A stretch of DNA of 64,000 bases, from positions 57,524 through 121,523 of the forward strand of contig CAVPED010000003.1 of NCBI GenBank assembly GCA_963702815.1, written 5' to 3'. Under the pieces are notes generated by a model. The model searched no databases. It worked only from the letters and a program-made list of their open reading frames with translations, and was not told the DNA's origin. Shown here one piece after another: positions 27,591-40,784 of the stretch. How positions within the stretch are numbered: position 1 is the stretch's first letter; each line of letters starts with the position of its first letter. Origin of the DNA: an uncultured Actinomycetota bacterium. Lineage in GTDB: Bacteria > Actinomycetota > Actinomycetes > Actinomycetales > Microbacteriaceae. A program made the translations under genes and the position numbers.

Positions 27591-28530
27591 TCGATCAGCG
27601 ACCTTCCGGTGAGCCGGAGGAAGACGTCCTCGAGGCTCGAGCGGCGCACGAGCGAGGTGAGCGGCTCGTGGCCCGAGTGGGCGATGCGCTCGAGCACCTT
27701 CTCGCCGTCGTCGGTGTAGATGAGGATGCGGTCGGGCAGCACCTCGATGCGGTCGCCGATGCCGGTGCAGCTCGGCGGCGACGCCCTCGTTGCGGTCGGA
27801 GCCGAAGCGGACCTCGAGCACTTCGCGACTCGAGTGCTCGCGGATGAGGGAGGCCGGGGTGCCTTCGGCCATGATCCGGCCCTTGTCGACCACGATCGAG
27901 GCGATCGCAGAGCTGCTCGGCCTCGTCCATGTAGTGGGTCGTGAGGACGAGGGTGGTGCCGCGCTCCTTCAGCCGGAAGAGGCGGTCCCACAGCACGTGC
28001 CGGGCCTGCGGGTCGAGCCCGGTCGTCGGCTCGTCGAGCAGGAGGATGCGGGGGTCGTTGATGAGGCCGCGCGCGATCGTCAGGCGCCGCTTCATGCCGC
28101 CCGAGAGCTGATCGACCCTGCTCTTGGCCTTGTCTTCGAGGGCGGCGAAGGCGAGCAGCTCGTCGGCCTTCTCGTGGCAGACCTTGGCGGGCAGGCCGAA
28201 GTACCGGCCGTAGATGTAGAGGTTCTCGCGCGCGTTCAGCTCGCCGTCGAGGTTGTCCTGCTGCGGGACGACGCCCAGGCGCGAGCGGATCTCGGGACCG
28301 TACTGGTCGGGGTCGAGGCCGAGGATCGTGAGGTCGCCCTGCGTGCGCGTCGAGACGGCGCCGATCATCTTCATCGTGGTCGATTTGCCGGCGCCGTTCG
28401 GGCCGAGCAGGCCGAAGGACTCGCCGGGCGCGACCTCGAACGAGAGCCCGTCGACCGCCAGGAAGTCGGGCTTGCCCTTGACCTTGTAGGCCTTCACGAG
28501 GTTCTTCGCATCGATCACGGGGGCAGGCAC
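27587..28530 (-). CDS. ABC exporter ATP-binding protein (NodI/DrrA-like; indels)
   Basis: [38 protein letters not shown]. Confidence 0.92.
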
Positions 28531-28666
28531 TGGACAACCCTAGCGCCGGGGTGCGACGTCGGCTCGGGAGCACCGGCCGCGCTCGGAGGCGGTGCCCCCT
28601 TCGGGAGGACGGATGCTGTCCGCCGATCCTGGCGAGACGCACAGGCCTTCCTCAACACGGCCGACC

Positions 28667-28711
28667 GTCAACCTGAGTTGACAGCATCCGGAGTGTCAAC
28701 TAAGGTTGACA
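28667..28711 (+). promoter_or_regulatory. Sigma-70 promoter overlapped by two GTCAAC-N4-GTTGAC operators
   Basis: TTGACA (28678-83), 17 bp, TAAGGT (28701-06); palindromes GTCAACctgaGTTGAC and TGTCAACtaagGTTGACA. Confidence 0.8.
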
Positions 28712-28714
28712 ACC

Positions 28715-28927
28715 GTGAGCGACGACATCCGCACCGCCATCGCGTCCGCCCAGGGCGGCGAGCCGCTGGCCGAGCTGCGACGGCTGCGGGCCCTGCACGC
28801 CGAACTCGCTCGCGCCGAAGCCGAGCAGGTGCGGCGGGCGCGGGCGCAGGCGTATTCGTGGGTCGCGATCGCCGACGCCCTCGGAGTGAGCCGGCAGGCC
28901 GTTCACAAGAAGTACGGTCGAAGGTAG
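28715..28927 (+). CDS. Small HTH DNA-binding protein (likely autoregulatory repressor)
   Basis: VRRARAQAYSWVAIADALGVSRQAVHKKYG helix-turn-helix; leaderless GTG. Confidence 0.85.
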   Translation: MSDDIRTAIASAQGGEPLAELRRLRALHAELARAEAEQVRRARAQAYSWVAIADALGVSRQAVHKKYGRR

Positions 28928-28970
28928 GGCGATCGCCCTCCTCTCCCAGCAACAACGACGGAGAATCCGC

Positions 28971-30915
28971 ATGTCCACGACCACCCGCCCCGCGCGCTCA
29001 CGACGAGGCAGCCGCTCACCCGAAGACGGCCCCCGCGCGAGCCTCAAGCAGCTCGTGCCGTTCCTTCTCGAGCACAAGCGCGTGCTCATCATCGTCGCGA
29101 TCCTGAGCGTGATCGGCGCCGCCGCGACGCTCGCTGCAGCCTCTGCTGGTCGGCGTCCTGATCGGACGCGTCCAGGCCGGCGAGCCGCTCGGGATGCTCG
29201 TCTGGGGAATCGTCGTGCTCGTGATCGCCGCGTCGATCACGTCGGGCTTCCAGCACTTCCTCCTGCAGCGCACCGGCACCGCCGTCGTGTACTCGTCGCG
29301 ACGCAGGCTGATCGGCCGGATCCTGCACCTGCCGATCCGGCGAGTTCGACGCGCGCCGCACCGGCGACCTCGTCTCTCGCGTCGGCACCGACACGACGCT
29401 GCTCTACGCCGTCCTCACGCAGGGCCTCGCCGATGCGTCGGCAACTCCATCGTCTTCGTGGGCGCGCTGATCGCGATGGCGCTCATCGATCCGGTGCTGC
29501 TCGGACTCATCGTGCTGGTGATCGGCGCGTCGATCGCCATCGTGACCCTGCTGAGCGGCCGCATCCGCACGGCCACCCGCGACCAGCAGGAGCGCGTCGG
29601 CGAGCTCGCCTCGGGCGTGGAGCGGGCGGTCGGATCGATCCGCACCGTGCGCGCCGCCGGTGCGAGCGACCGCGAAGAGGCAGCCATCGCCAGCCTCGCC
29701 GAGGACGCCTACGACCAGGGCGTGCGCATCGCCAAGGTCTCGGCGCTCGTCGTGCCGATCGCGGGGATCGCGCTCCAGCTGTCGCTGCTCGTCGTCCTGG
29801 GCGTCGGCGGACTCCGCGTCGCCGCCGGCGCCATCACCGTCGCGGCGCTCGTGACCTTCGTCATGTTCCTCTTCCTGCTCATCGCGCCGCTCGGCTCGTT
29901 CTTCGGCGCGATCACCTCGGTCAACCAGGCGCTCGGCGCGCTGGGTCGCATTCAGGAGGTCCTCGACCTGCCGACCGAGACGCAGGACGACGCCGCGATC
30001 GCGATCTCGGTTCGCGAGCGCGACTCCGCAGCGAGACGGATGCCGCGGCCACGCCGCTCCGCCGCGATCGAGTTCCGCGGCGTCCACTTCCGCTACCCCG
30101 AGGCCGTCGTGGCGGCTCGCCGCAAGGCGGAGTCCGAGGCGCTCGCCGTGCTCGAGAACGCGCACGTCGACCGGCTGGTGGCCGAGGACTTCGCACTCGA
30201 GGACGCCGCCGCCCCGACGCCGCGGCTCGACGGCGAGGTGCTGCGCGGCGTCTCCTTCTCGGTCCCGCGCGGCGCGCGCGTCGCGCTCGTCGGGCCCGTC
30301 CGGCGCGGGCAAGAGCACGACGCTCGCACTCATCGAGCGGTTCTACGACCCGACCGAAGGCGCGGTGCTGCTCGACGGCGCCGATGTCCGGACTCTCGAC
30401 CGCGATCGCGCTCCGCGCCCAGCTCGGCTACGTCGAGCAGGATGCCCCGACCCTCGCCGGCACGATCGCCGAGAACCTCCGCCTGGCCTCGCCGACGGCA
30501 TCCGATGACGAGTGCGAGCGAGTGCTGCGCGCGGTGAATCTCGGCGAAGTGCTCGAGCGCAGCCCGCTCGGCGTCGAGGCGCCCGTCGGCGAGAGCGGAG
30601 TCATGCTGTCGGGTGGCGAGCGCCAGCGCCTGGCGATCGCCCGCGCGCTGCTCGCCGCTCCCCCGATCCTGCTGCTCGACGAGTCGACGTCGTCGCTCGA
30701 CGGGCTCAACGAGCAGCGCATGCGCGACGCGATCGACGCCGTCGCGACCGGCCGCACGCTCGTCGTCATCGCGCATCGGCTCTCGACCGTCGTCGACAGC
30801 GACCACATCGTCGTGATGGACCACGGTCAGGTCGTCGGGCCAGGGCACGCACTCCGAGCTCGTCGAGACGACGCCGCTGTACCGCGACCTCGCGCGGCAC
30901 CAGCTGCTGGTCTGA
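28971..30915 (+). CDS. ABC exporter, fused TMD plus NBD (several indels)
   Basis: TM region [22 protein letters not shown] split by an indel, [25 protein letters not shown]. Confidence 0.88.
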
Positions 30916-31015
30916 GCTCGCGCCGCCTTGCCGGCTGGAAGGCTTCTCAACCGACGGATGCCTCGGCCTGTCAAGCCCAGGGCGCGCTCGCGCCTCCCGG
31001 CCTAGCGTCGGAAGC

Positions 31016-31279
31016 ATGACCGAACAGCAGAACACCCAGGGCGACCCCGGACAGGACCCGTCGGTCGGCGACGTGCTCGGCGCGACCGAGTCCGCGGACA
31101 ACCCCGCCGCGAAGGATCCGTCCGAGTGGGTCACCGGCGACGAGCCGATCACGGCCGCGCAGCGCAGCTACCTCGACACCCTCGCCCGCGAGGCCGGCGA
31201 GACGGTCCCCGCCGACCTCACCAAAGCCGAGGCCTCCGAGCACATCGAACGACTGCAGCAGAAGACCGGCCGCGGCTGA
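31016..31279 (+). CDS. DUF3072-like small protein
   Basis: KDPSEWVTGDEPITAAQRSYLDTLAREAG..DLTKAEASEHIERLQ matches my recollection of this family. Confidence 0.75.
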   Translation: MTEQQNTQGDPGQDPSVGDVLGATESADNPAAKDPSEWVTGDEPITAAQRSYLDTLAREAGETVPADLTKAEASEHIERLQQKTGRG

Positions 31280-31294
31280 TCCTGCACGCGGAGA

Positions 31295-31340
31295 AGCGGA
31301 TGCCTCGGCCCGCCGCTCAGCGCGGGGCGAGGCATCCGCT
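31295..31340. terminator. Bidirectional hairpin between the convergent DUF3072 and pckG genes
   Basis: AGCGGATGCCTCG...CGAGGCATCCGCT 13-bp arms. Confidence 0.7.
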
Positions 31341-31348
31341 CACCGTCG

Positions 31349-33244
31349 TCAGGACTGCTGCGCGGCCTTCAGCCGGTAGCGGAGAGCGGCGAGCTCGGCC
31401 TGCAGCGCCGCGGGGACGCGACCGCCGAAGGTCGCGTAGAACTCCTCGGTGAGGTCGGCCTCGCGCTGCCACGAGACGGCGTCGACGGCGAACAGCTCGT
31501 CGAGGTCGTTCTGCGAGACGTCGAGTCCGTCGAGGTTGAGGTCCTCCGCGCGGGGAAGCCGACCGATGGGGCTCGCGACGGCGGGCACCTCGCCCTCGAT
31601 GCGGCGGATGATCCAGTCGACGACCCGCGAGTTGTCGCCGAAGCCGGGCCACAGGAACCGGCCGTCCGTGCCCTTGCGGAACCAGTTGACCTGGAAGATG
31701 CGCGGGGCGCGGTCGAAGCGCAGCTTCTGCCCGACCTTCAGCCAGTGGCCGAAGTAGTCGGCCATGTTGTAGCCGCAGAAGGGCAGCATCGCGAAGGGGT
31801 CGCGGCGCAGTTCGCCGACGGTGCCCTCGGCGGCGGCCGTGCGCTCGGACGAGATGTTCGAGCCCATGAACACGCCGTGCGTCCAGTCGGTCGCCTCCAC
31901 GACGAGCGGCACGTTGGTGGCGCGGCGCCCGCCGAAGAGGATCGCGTCGAGCGGAACGCCCTGCGGGCGCATCCCAGTCGTCGGCGATCTGCGGGCACTG
32001 CGCCGCACTCACCGTGAAGCGCGAGTTCGGGTGGGCGGCCGGACGGTCCATGTCGGGGGTCCAGCGGTTGCCCTCCCAGTCGGTGAGCTCGGCCGGCGCC
32101 TCGTCGGTGAGGCCCTCCCACCAGACGTCCCCGTCCGGGCGCAGCGCGACGTTGGTGAAGATCGTGTTGCCCCACAGCGTCTCGACGGCCGTGACGTTGG
32201 TCGACTCGCCCGTGCCGGGCGCGACGCCGAAGAACCCGGCCTCGGGGTTGATGGCCCAGAGGCGCCCGTCCTCGCCGGGGCGCAGCCACGCGATGTCGTC
32301 GCCCAGCGTCTCGACGCGCCATCCGGGGATGGTGGGACGCAGCATCGCGAGGTTCGTCTTGCCGCACGCCGAGGGGAACGCCGCCGCGACGTGGTACGCC
32401 TTGCCGGCCGGGTCGATCACGCGGATGAGGAGCATGTGCTCGGCGAGCCACCCCTCGTCGCGGCCGATGACGGAGGCGATGCGCAGGGCGAAGCACTTCT
32501 TCGCGAGGATCGCGTTGCCGCCGTAGCCCGAGCCGAACGACCACACCTCGAGCGTGTCGGGGAAGTGCACGATGTACTTCTCGTCGTTGCAGGGCCACGC
32601 GACATCCTGCTCGCCGGGAGCGAGAGGTGCCCCGACCGAGTGCACGGTCTTCACCCAGTGGGCGCCCGCCGCGATCTCGCGCAGGACGTCCGCACCGACG
32701 CGCGTCATGATGCCGATCGAGGTGACGGCGTACGCGCTGTCGGTGACCTGCACGCCGATGTGCGAGAGGGGCCCGCCCACCGGCCCCATCGAGAAGGGCA
32801 CGACGTACATCGTGCGGCCGCGCATGCTGCCCTGGAACAAGGGCGTGATCGTGGCGCGGATCTCGGACGGCGGGGCCCAGTTGTTGGTCGGTCCGGCGTC
32901 TTCCTCGTTCTCGGAGGCGATGAAGGTGCGCCCCTCGGTGCGGGCGACGTCGCTCGGGTGCGAGCGGGCGAGGTAGGAGCCCGGGCGCCACTCGGGGTTG
33001 AGCTTGATCAGCTTGCCCTCGTCGACCATCTGGCGAAGGAGAGCCTCGTTCTCGCCGCGGGAGCCGTCCACCCAGTGGACCGCGGCCGGCTGGGTCAGTT
33101 CGGCGATCTCGTCGACCCATGCCGCGAGCGCGGCCATGCCGGCGACCGACGATCTCGGGGCGCGCGCCGGTCTTCTGTCGTCGCCGGACGGATCGGGGCA
33201 GCGGATTGCGGGGTGGGGCGAGTGAAGATTTCGGCAAGTGCCAT
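31349..33244 (-). CDS. pckG: Phosphoenolpyruvate carboxykinase (GTP) (indels)
   Basis: [62 protein letters not shown]. Confidence 0.96.
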
Positions 33245-33366
33245 TCGATGTTCCTCCTCGAACTGCGGTGTTCACGTGGGTTCTGATACCACTTTGCGAC
33301 GATCTCAGCCACGATTTCAGGCATCCGTCGTCATAAGAACAGACGATCTTTCGCTATTCTCAAGTA

Positions 33367-34804
33367 ATGACCCCGACGCCTCTCGAGCTCTCGACGCTCG
33401 GTCACCGCATCCGTCATCAGCGCGTCTCGCACGGCTTCACGCTCGATGAGCTCGGCGAGAAGGTCGGCGTCGCGGGCAGCCAGCTGAGCCTGATCGAGAA
33501 CGGCAAGCGCGAGCCGAAACTCTCGCTTCTGCAGGCGATCGCGAACGTGACGGGAGTGGATGTCACCGAGCTGCTCTCGGCGGAACCGCCCAACCGACGC
33601 GCGGCACTCGAGATCGAGCTGGAGCGCGCTCAGTCGAGCTCGGTGTTCCGTCAGCTGGGCATCGCGCCGGTCAAGGTGACCAAGGGGATGGGCGACGACA
33701 CCCTCGAGTCGATCCTGGGCCTGCACCGCGAGCTGCAGCGACGGGAGCGCGAGGCGATCGCCACCCCCGAAGAGGCCCGCCGCGCGAACACCGATCTGCG
33801 CCTGCGCATGCGTGCGCACAGCAACTACCTCCCCGACATCGAGAAGCTCGCCGAGAAGCAGCTCAAGGCCGCGGGGCATGTGTCGGGCGCGCTCACGCAT
33901 CGAACGGTGAGCATCATGGCCGACCAGCTCGGCTTCGAGCTGATCTACGTCAACGACCTGCCGCACTCGGCGCGGTCGGTGACCGACCTCGAGAACGGCC
34001 GCATCTACCTGCCGCCCGCCTCGATCCCGGGCGGGCACGGCCTGCGGTCGATGGCGCTGCAGGCGATGGCGCACCGCCTGCTCGGCCACAAGGCGCCCAC
34101 CGACTACGCCGACTTCCTGCAGCAGCGGCTCGAGATCAACTACTACGCCGCGTGCTGCCTCATGCCCGAGGGCGCGTCAGCCGCGTTCCTGCAGCAGGCG
34201 AAGAAGGACCGCAACCTCGCGGTCGAGGACTTCCGCGACGCGTTCGGCGTGACGCACGAGGCGGCCGGGCATGCGGATGACGAACCTGCTGACCGTGCAC
34301 ACCGGCATCCCGCTGCACTTCCTGCGGGTCGACGGGTCGGGCGCGATCTCGCGCGTGTACGAGAACGACGACCTCCCCGTCCCGATGGATGTGACCGGCT
34401 CGGTCGAGGGGCAGATCGTCTGCCGCAAGTTCCTCGCCCGGTCGGCGTTCGAGGAGCAGAACCGCACCACCGAGCACTACCAGTACACCGACACCCCGAG
34501 CGGGACCTTCTGGTGCTCGACGCAGACCGGCACGACGTCGGCGGGCGAGTTCTCGATCACCGTGGGGGTGCCGTTCGACGACGCCCGGTGGTTCCGCGGC
34601 CGGGAGACGCAGAAGCGCGCCGTCTCGCGCTGTCCCGACGAGTCGTGCTGCCGCCGGCCGGCCACCGAGGTGGCGAACCGCTGGCAGGGCAAGGCCTGGC
34701 CGAGCGCGCGGGTGCACATGCAGATGTTCTCGCCGCTGCCGCGCGGCGCGTTCCCCGGCGTCGACGACAACGAGGTCTACTCGTTCCTCGACCGGCACGC
34801 GTGA
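33367..34804 (+). CDS. XRE-family regulator, RamB/PrpR (ScfR)-like (indel ~34265)
   Basis: N-terminal HTH SQLSLIENGKREP, EINYYAACCLMP, C-terminal CPDESCCRR Cys motif; leaderless TATTCT-N6-ATG. Confidence 0.85.
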
Positions 34805-34814
34805 TGCCGGCGGC

Positions 34815-35892
34815 TCAGGCCGTGATGAACCGCTTGTAGCGGTCGAGCGCCGCGCCGATCTCGGCATCCGTCGCTGCACCCGGGCGGAACAGCTCGGGGA
34901 TCGGGTCGTCGCGGTGCCGACCGACCGCGACCGAGTGCGTCCAGACGCCGACGATCTCGCCGCGCGCGACGAGGATCGGCCGCACGATTCCGTTCATGCT
35001 CGGACCGATCGCCTTCAGGAACTCCGGCGCGCACGGCACCGTGCGATCGACGTACGAGAGGTAGTACTCCTCGAACGGCGGCAGGGCGATGACCGCGGGC
35101 ACGGTGGCCACGCGACGAGGCGCGGGGCCGGCGCTGACGTACTGCGGCTCGGGCTGGTCATCGACGACCTGCAGGCGATCGGATGCCCTTTCCGCCGCCG
35201 CGCGCGAGACACCGAGCGGCAGCCCGCTCCACCACGCGAAGTCGCGGGCTCCGGCCGGGCCGTGCGAGGCGATGTACCGGAAGAAGTACTCCGCGAGCGG
35301 GTCGGCGGGCATGATCTGATCCGGGGCCCACTCCTCCAGCAGCACGAAGTACTGCTCGCGGGTGGGACCACTCGCACGCGGGACCACTCCCCCCTGGCAC
35401 AGGATGCCGCGCACCGACAGCGCGAACAGCAGGTGGTAGCCGCGCTGACCCTGGGTCGAGACGCCGCCGCCCTCCCAGACGGCGAACATGTCCTTGCGGG
35501 CGAGGCCGTTGCCGCCGCGCAGCGCACCGCGGGCGAGCGTCTCGGCACGCGCGAGCTCTGCCGCGTCGATCCCTTCGCGGCGATGGACGAGCGCCGCCTT
35601 GCGGAACTGCCGCTCCCCCGTGATGGACAGGACCCAGGCGAGTTCCGCGCGCGGGGATGATGTGGATGGTGCCCCGCATGGTCCACGACCGGACGATCTC
35701 GCCGCGGTCGAACGCGGCATCCACGTCCCGCACAGTCGCGGCGCCCCGCGTGCGCGCCGCGATCGCCAGCCGCCCGCCCCAGAACTCCTGAGCCTGCGTT
35801 GCGAGCATGTGCTCCGCCGCCTGGGCGACCGTGGCGGCCGGCGCGCTCAGCCGGTGCGAGCGGAGCCGTGCCGCGCGGACGGATGCCAGCAT
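34815..35892 (-). CDS. AlkZ-family winged-helix DNA glycosylase (indel ~35650)
   Basis: QAQ motif, RSWTMRGTIH, SHGPA..RDFAWWSG, LPPFEEYYLSY, IVGVW. Confidence 0.87.
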
Positions 35893-35973
35893 CCCCTCAT
35901 CCTGCCGCGAAGCCCCGACGTCCGCCTGCCTCTTCGCTGCCCGCGCGAACGCAGCCCCCCGTGCGGCCGGCGA

Positions 35974-37442
35974 TCAGAACGGGTTGGCCGTCAGCGTGTA
36001 CTTCGTCTGGAGGTACTCGTGGATGCCCTCGGCGCCGCCCTCGCGGCCCAGGCCCGAGGACTTCCAGCCGCCGAACGGGGCGGCGGCGTTGGAGACGACG
36101 CCGACGTTCAGGCCCATCATCCCGGTCTCGAGTCGCTCGATCATGCGCTGGCCGCGGCCGAGGTTCTCGGTGAACACGTACGACACCAGGCCGTACTCGG
36201 TGTCGTTCGCGATCCGCACGGCTTCGTCCTCGTCATCGAACGGGACGATCGCGAGCACCGGCCCGAAGATCTCCTCGCGCAGGATGTCGCTCCCCGGCTG
36301 CACGTCGGTGATGACCGTCGGCTCGTAGAAGGTGCCGGGACCGTCCACGGCGCTGCCGCCGATCGTGACGGTCGCGCCGCGCGAGACGGCATCCTGGACC
36401 AGGGCGACGCCTTCTCGACGGCACGGTGATCGATGAGCGGTCCGATCGAGACGCCCTCCTCGGTGCCGCGCCCCATCGTGAAGCCCTGCACCTTCTCGGT
36501 GACGCGACGGGCGAACTCGTCGGCGACCGAGCGGTGCACGATGAACCGGTTCGCGGCGGTGCACGCCTGCCCGATGTTGCGGAACTTCGCGAGCATCGCG
36601 CCCTCCACCGCCTTGTCGAGGTCGGCGTCGTCGAAGACGATGAACGGCGCGTTGCCGCCGAGCTCCATCGAGGTGCGCAGGATGCCGCTCGCGGCCTGCT
36701 CGAGCAGCTTCACGCCCACCGGCGTCGACCCGGTGAACGAGAGCTTCCGCAGCCGCGGGTCGCGGATGATCGGCTCGGAGACAGCACCCGAGGTCGAGGT
36801 CGTGAAGACGTTCACCACACCGGCAGGCAGGCCGGCGTCTTCGAGCAGCTTCACGAAGTACAGGGTGGTGAGCGGAGTGAGCTCGGCCGGCTTGATCACG
36901 ACGGTGCAGCCCGCGGCGAGCGCGGGGGCGATCTTGCGGGTCGCCATCGCGAGCGGGAAGTTCCACGGCGTGATGAGGAAGCACGGCCCGACCGGGTGCT
37001 GCGTCACGATCATCCGGCCGGTGCCCTCGGGGTTCGCGCCGTAGCGACCCTGGATGCGCGCGGTCTCCTCGCTGAACCAGCGCAGGAACTCGCCGCCGTA
37101 GGCCACCTCGCCGCGGGCTTCGGCGAGCGTCTTGCCCATCTCCAGCGTCATGAGGAGCGCGAACTCCTCCTTGCGCTCCTGCAGCAGGTCGAACGCACGA
37201 CGGAGGATCTCGGCGCGCTCGCGGGCGGGCGTCTGCGACCACGACGGGAAGGCCTCCGCCGCGGCGTCCATCGCCGCGGTGCCGTCGCCGGGCGAGGCAT
37301 CCGCGATCTCCTTGATCACGTTGCCGGTCGCCGGGTCGTACACCTTGAGCGTCTTGCCTCCGTCGGCGGCGAGCCACTCGCCCCCGATGTAGAGCCCGTC
37401 CGGCACCTTCGCCAGCAGCTCGGTCTCACGGTTCTCAGTCAC
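35974..37442 (-). CDS. gabD: NAD(P)-dependent succinate-semialdehyde dehydrogenase (indel ~36408)
   Basis: ITPWNFPLAMATRK, SFTGST, MELGGNAP, FRNIGQACTA, EEIFGP, GREGG. Confidence 0.92.
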
Positions 37443-37529
37443 GCCAGGACTCCCTCGTCGGTTCCGGATGCTGCTCCCGCAGCATCCCTTCGTTCTTGGT
37501 TTCGGGGGCAATTCTGCCCTTCGCCGCCG

Positions 37530-39508
<1,979 letters not shown>

Positions 39509-39566
39509 CTTCGTCGATCCCTTCCTCGGACGTCGGCGTCGAGGGTCTTGCTTGCGTCGGCGGCAC

Positions 39567-39614
39567 GTTCTATATTCGAACACAACGTTCTACTATTGAA
39601 CAGATCGTATACGA
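39567..39614. promoter_or_regulatory. Tandem IclR-type operators plus a GntR-type palindrome in the divergent promoter
   Basis: GTTCtatattcGAAC (39567-81) and GTTCtactattGAAC (39587-601), 20-bp period; TCGTATACGA (39605-14). Confidence 0.65.
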
Positions 39615-39659
39615 AGCGGATGCTCGGCACAAGGCTTCACGCACTCGGAAGGACCCTCC

Positions 39660-40362
39660 GTGCCCGACACCGCCCCCGCCTCGCAGACGCTGAGCCGCGG
39701 CATCCGGATCCTCGAGATCCTGGCCGACGCCCGTGAGCCGCTGTCGATCGACGAGGTGGCGAACCGTCTCGGCGTGCACCGCTCGGTCGCGTACCGGCTG
39801 GTGCGGACGCTCGAGGAGCACGGGCTCGTGGTGCGCGACGGCAGCGGACGGCTCACGCTGGGCGCACGCATGGCGGCTCTCGCGGCCGGTGTCGCCCACG
39901 ATCTGCAGGCCGAGGCGCTCCCCGAGCTCACCGCCGCGGCGAACGAGCTGGGCATGACGTGCTTCCTGTCGATCCTCGACCGCGACGAGTGCGTCACCCT
40001 CGCGAGCGTCGAGCCCCGGCACGGCGTCGCCTCGGTGGCGCAGCGGCCCGGGACGCGGCATCCCGTCACGGTCGGAGCGCCGGGCAAGGCGATCCTCTCG
40101 CTGATCGCCGAATCGGCGCTGGCCCGCCGATCTCGACGAGGGGCACCGCGACGAGGTGCGGTTGGCCCGCGAGCGCGGCTGGGCGACCAGCCACGACGAG
40201 GTGATCCCCGGCCTCCGGTCGATCGCCGTGCCGCTGACGCTCCCGAAGGGCGAGCGGGCGGCGATCGCGGTCGTCTACCTGTCGGACCCGCATCCGGATG
40301 CCGACATCGCCGCCCGGCTCACGCGCGTGGCCTCGGCGATCCGGTCCGCGATCGGGGGCTGA
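39660..40362 (+). CDS. IclR-family transcriptional regulator (indel ~40120)
   Basis: SQTLSRGIRILE, HRSVAYRLVRTLEEHGLV, GAPGKAIL, EVIPGLRSIAVP. Confidence 0.92.
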
Positions 40363-40443
40363 GCAGATCGCTCGACGGCCCGGGCAGCGCGCGTCCACGC
40401 GACCAGATCAGTGCGAAGCGCCCCGGGCGTCGAGGCAGGCAGA

Positions 40444-40755
40444 TCAGCGCGACGCGCCCCGCACGTCGTCGACGAAGCCGATGTCGTACGCCGCGACGCG
40501 CTGCGGCACGCCGTCGAACGCCCCGGCTCGCTCGGGCGAGGCCATGTAGGCCTGCTCGAGGGCGATGAACGCCTCGCGGTCGCCCTCGGCGCTCACAGCC
40601 CACACGAACTCGTTCGTGTCGCGAAGCCCGTAGGCGTACTCGATCGCGAAGCCCGTGGCGGGCCGGACGGTCGGCATCCACTCGTCCCACCAGGCGAGGA
40701 AGGCGTCGTACTCTCCGTCGACGAGCGTGTACCGGCGCAGCTGGATCGTCCTCAT
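40444..40755 (-). CDS. NIPSNAP-like dimeric alpha-beta barrel protein
   Basis: IQLRRYTL...FLAWW...FVW...YMASPER pattern, 103 aa. Confidence 0.7.
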   Translation of the reverse strand: MRTIQLRRYTLVDGEYDAFLAWWDEWMPTVRPATGFAIEYAYGLRDTNEFVWAVSAEGDREAFIALEQAYMASPERAGAFDGVPQRVAAYDIGFVDDVRGASR

Positions 40756-40784
40756 CCCGCGATCCTCCCACAGCCGCAGGTCCC

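Noticed and set aside
39576-39592. Possible LexA SOS box TCGAAC-acaac-GTTCTA; also TCGAAC-tcag-GTCGGC at 57801
   Set aside because: The spacer is 5 rather than 4 bp in the first, and the second has three mismatches in the right half; the first is better explained by the tandem IclR-type boxes.
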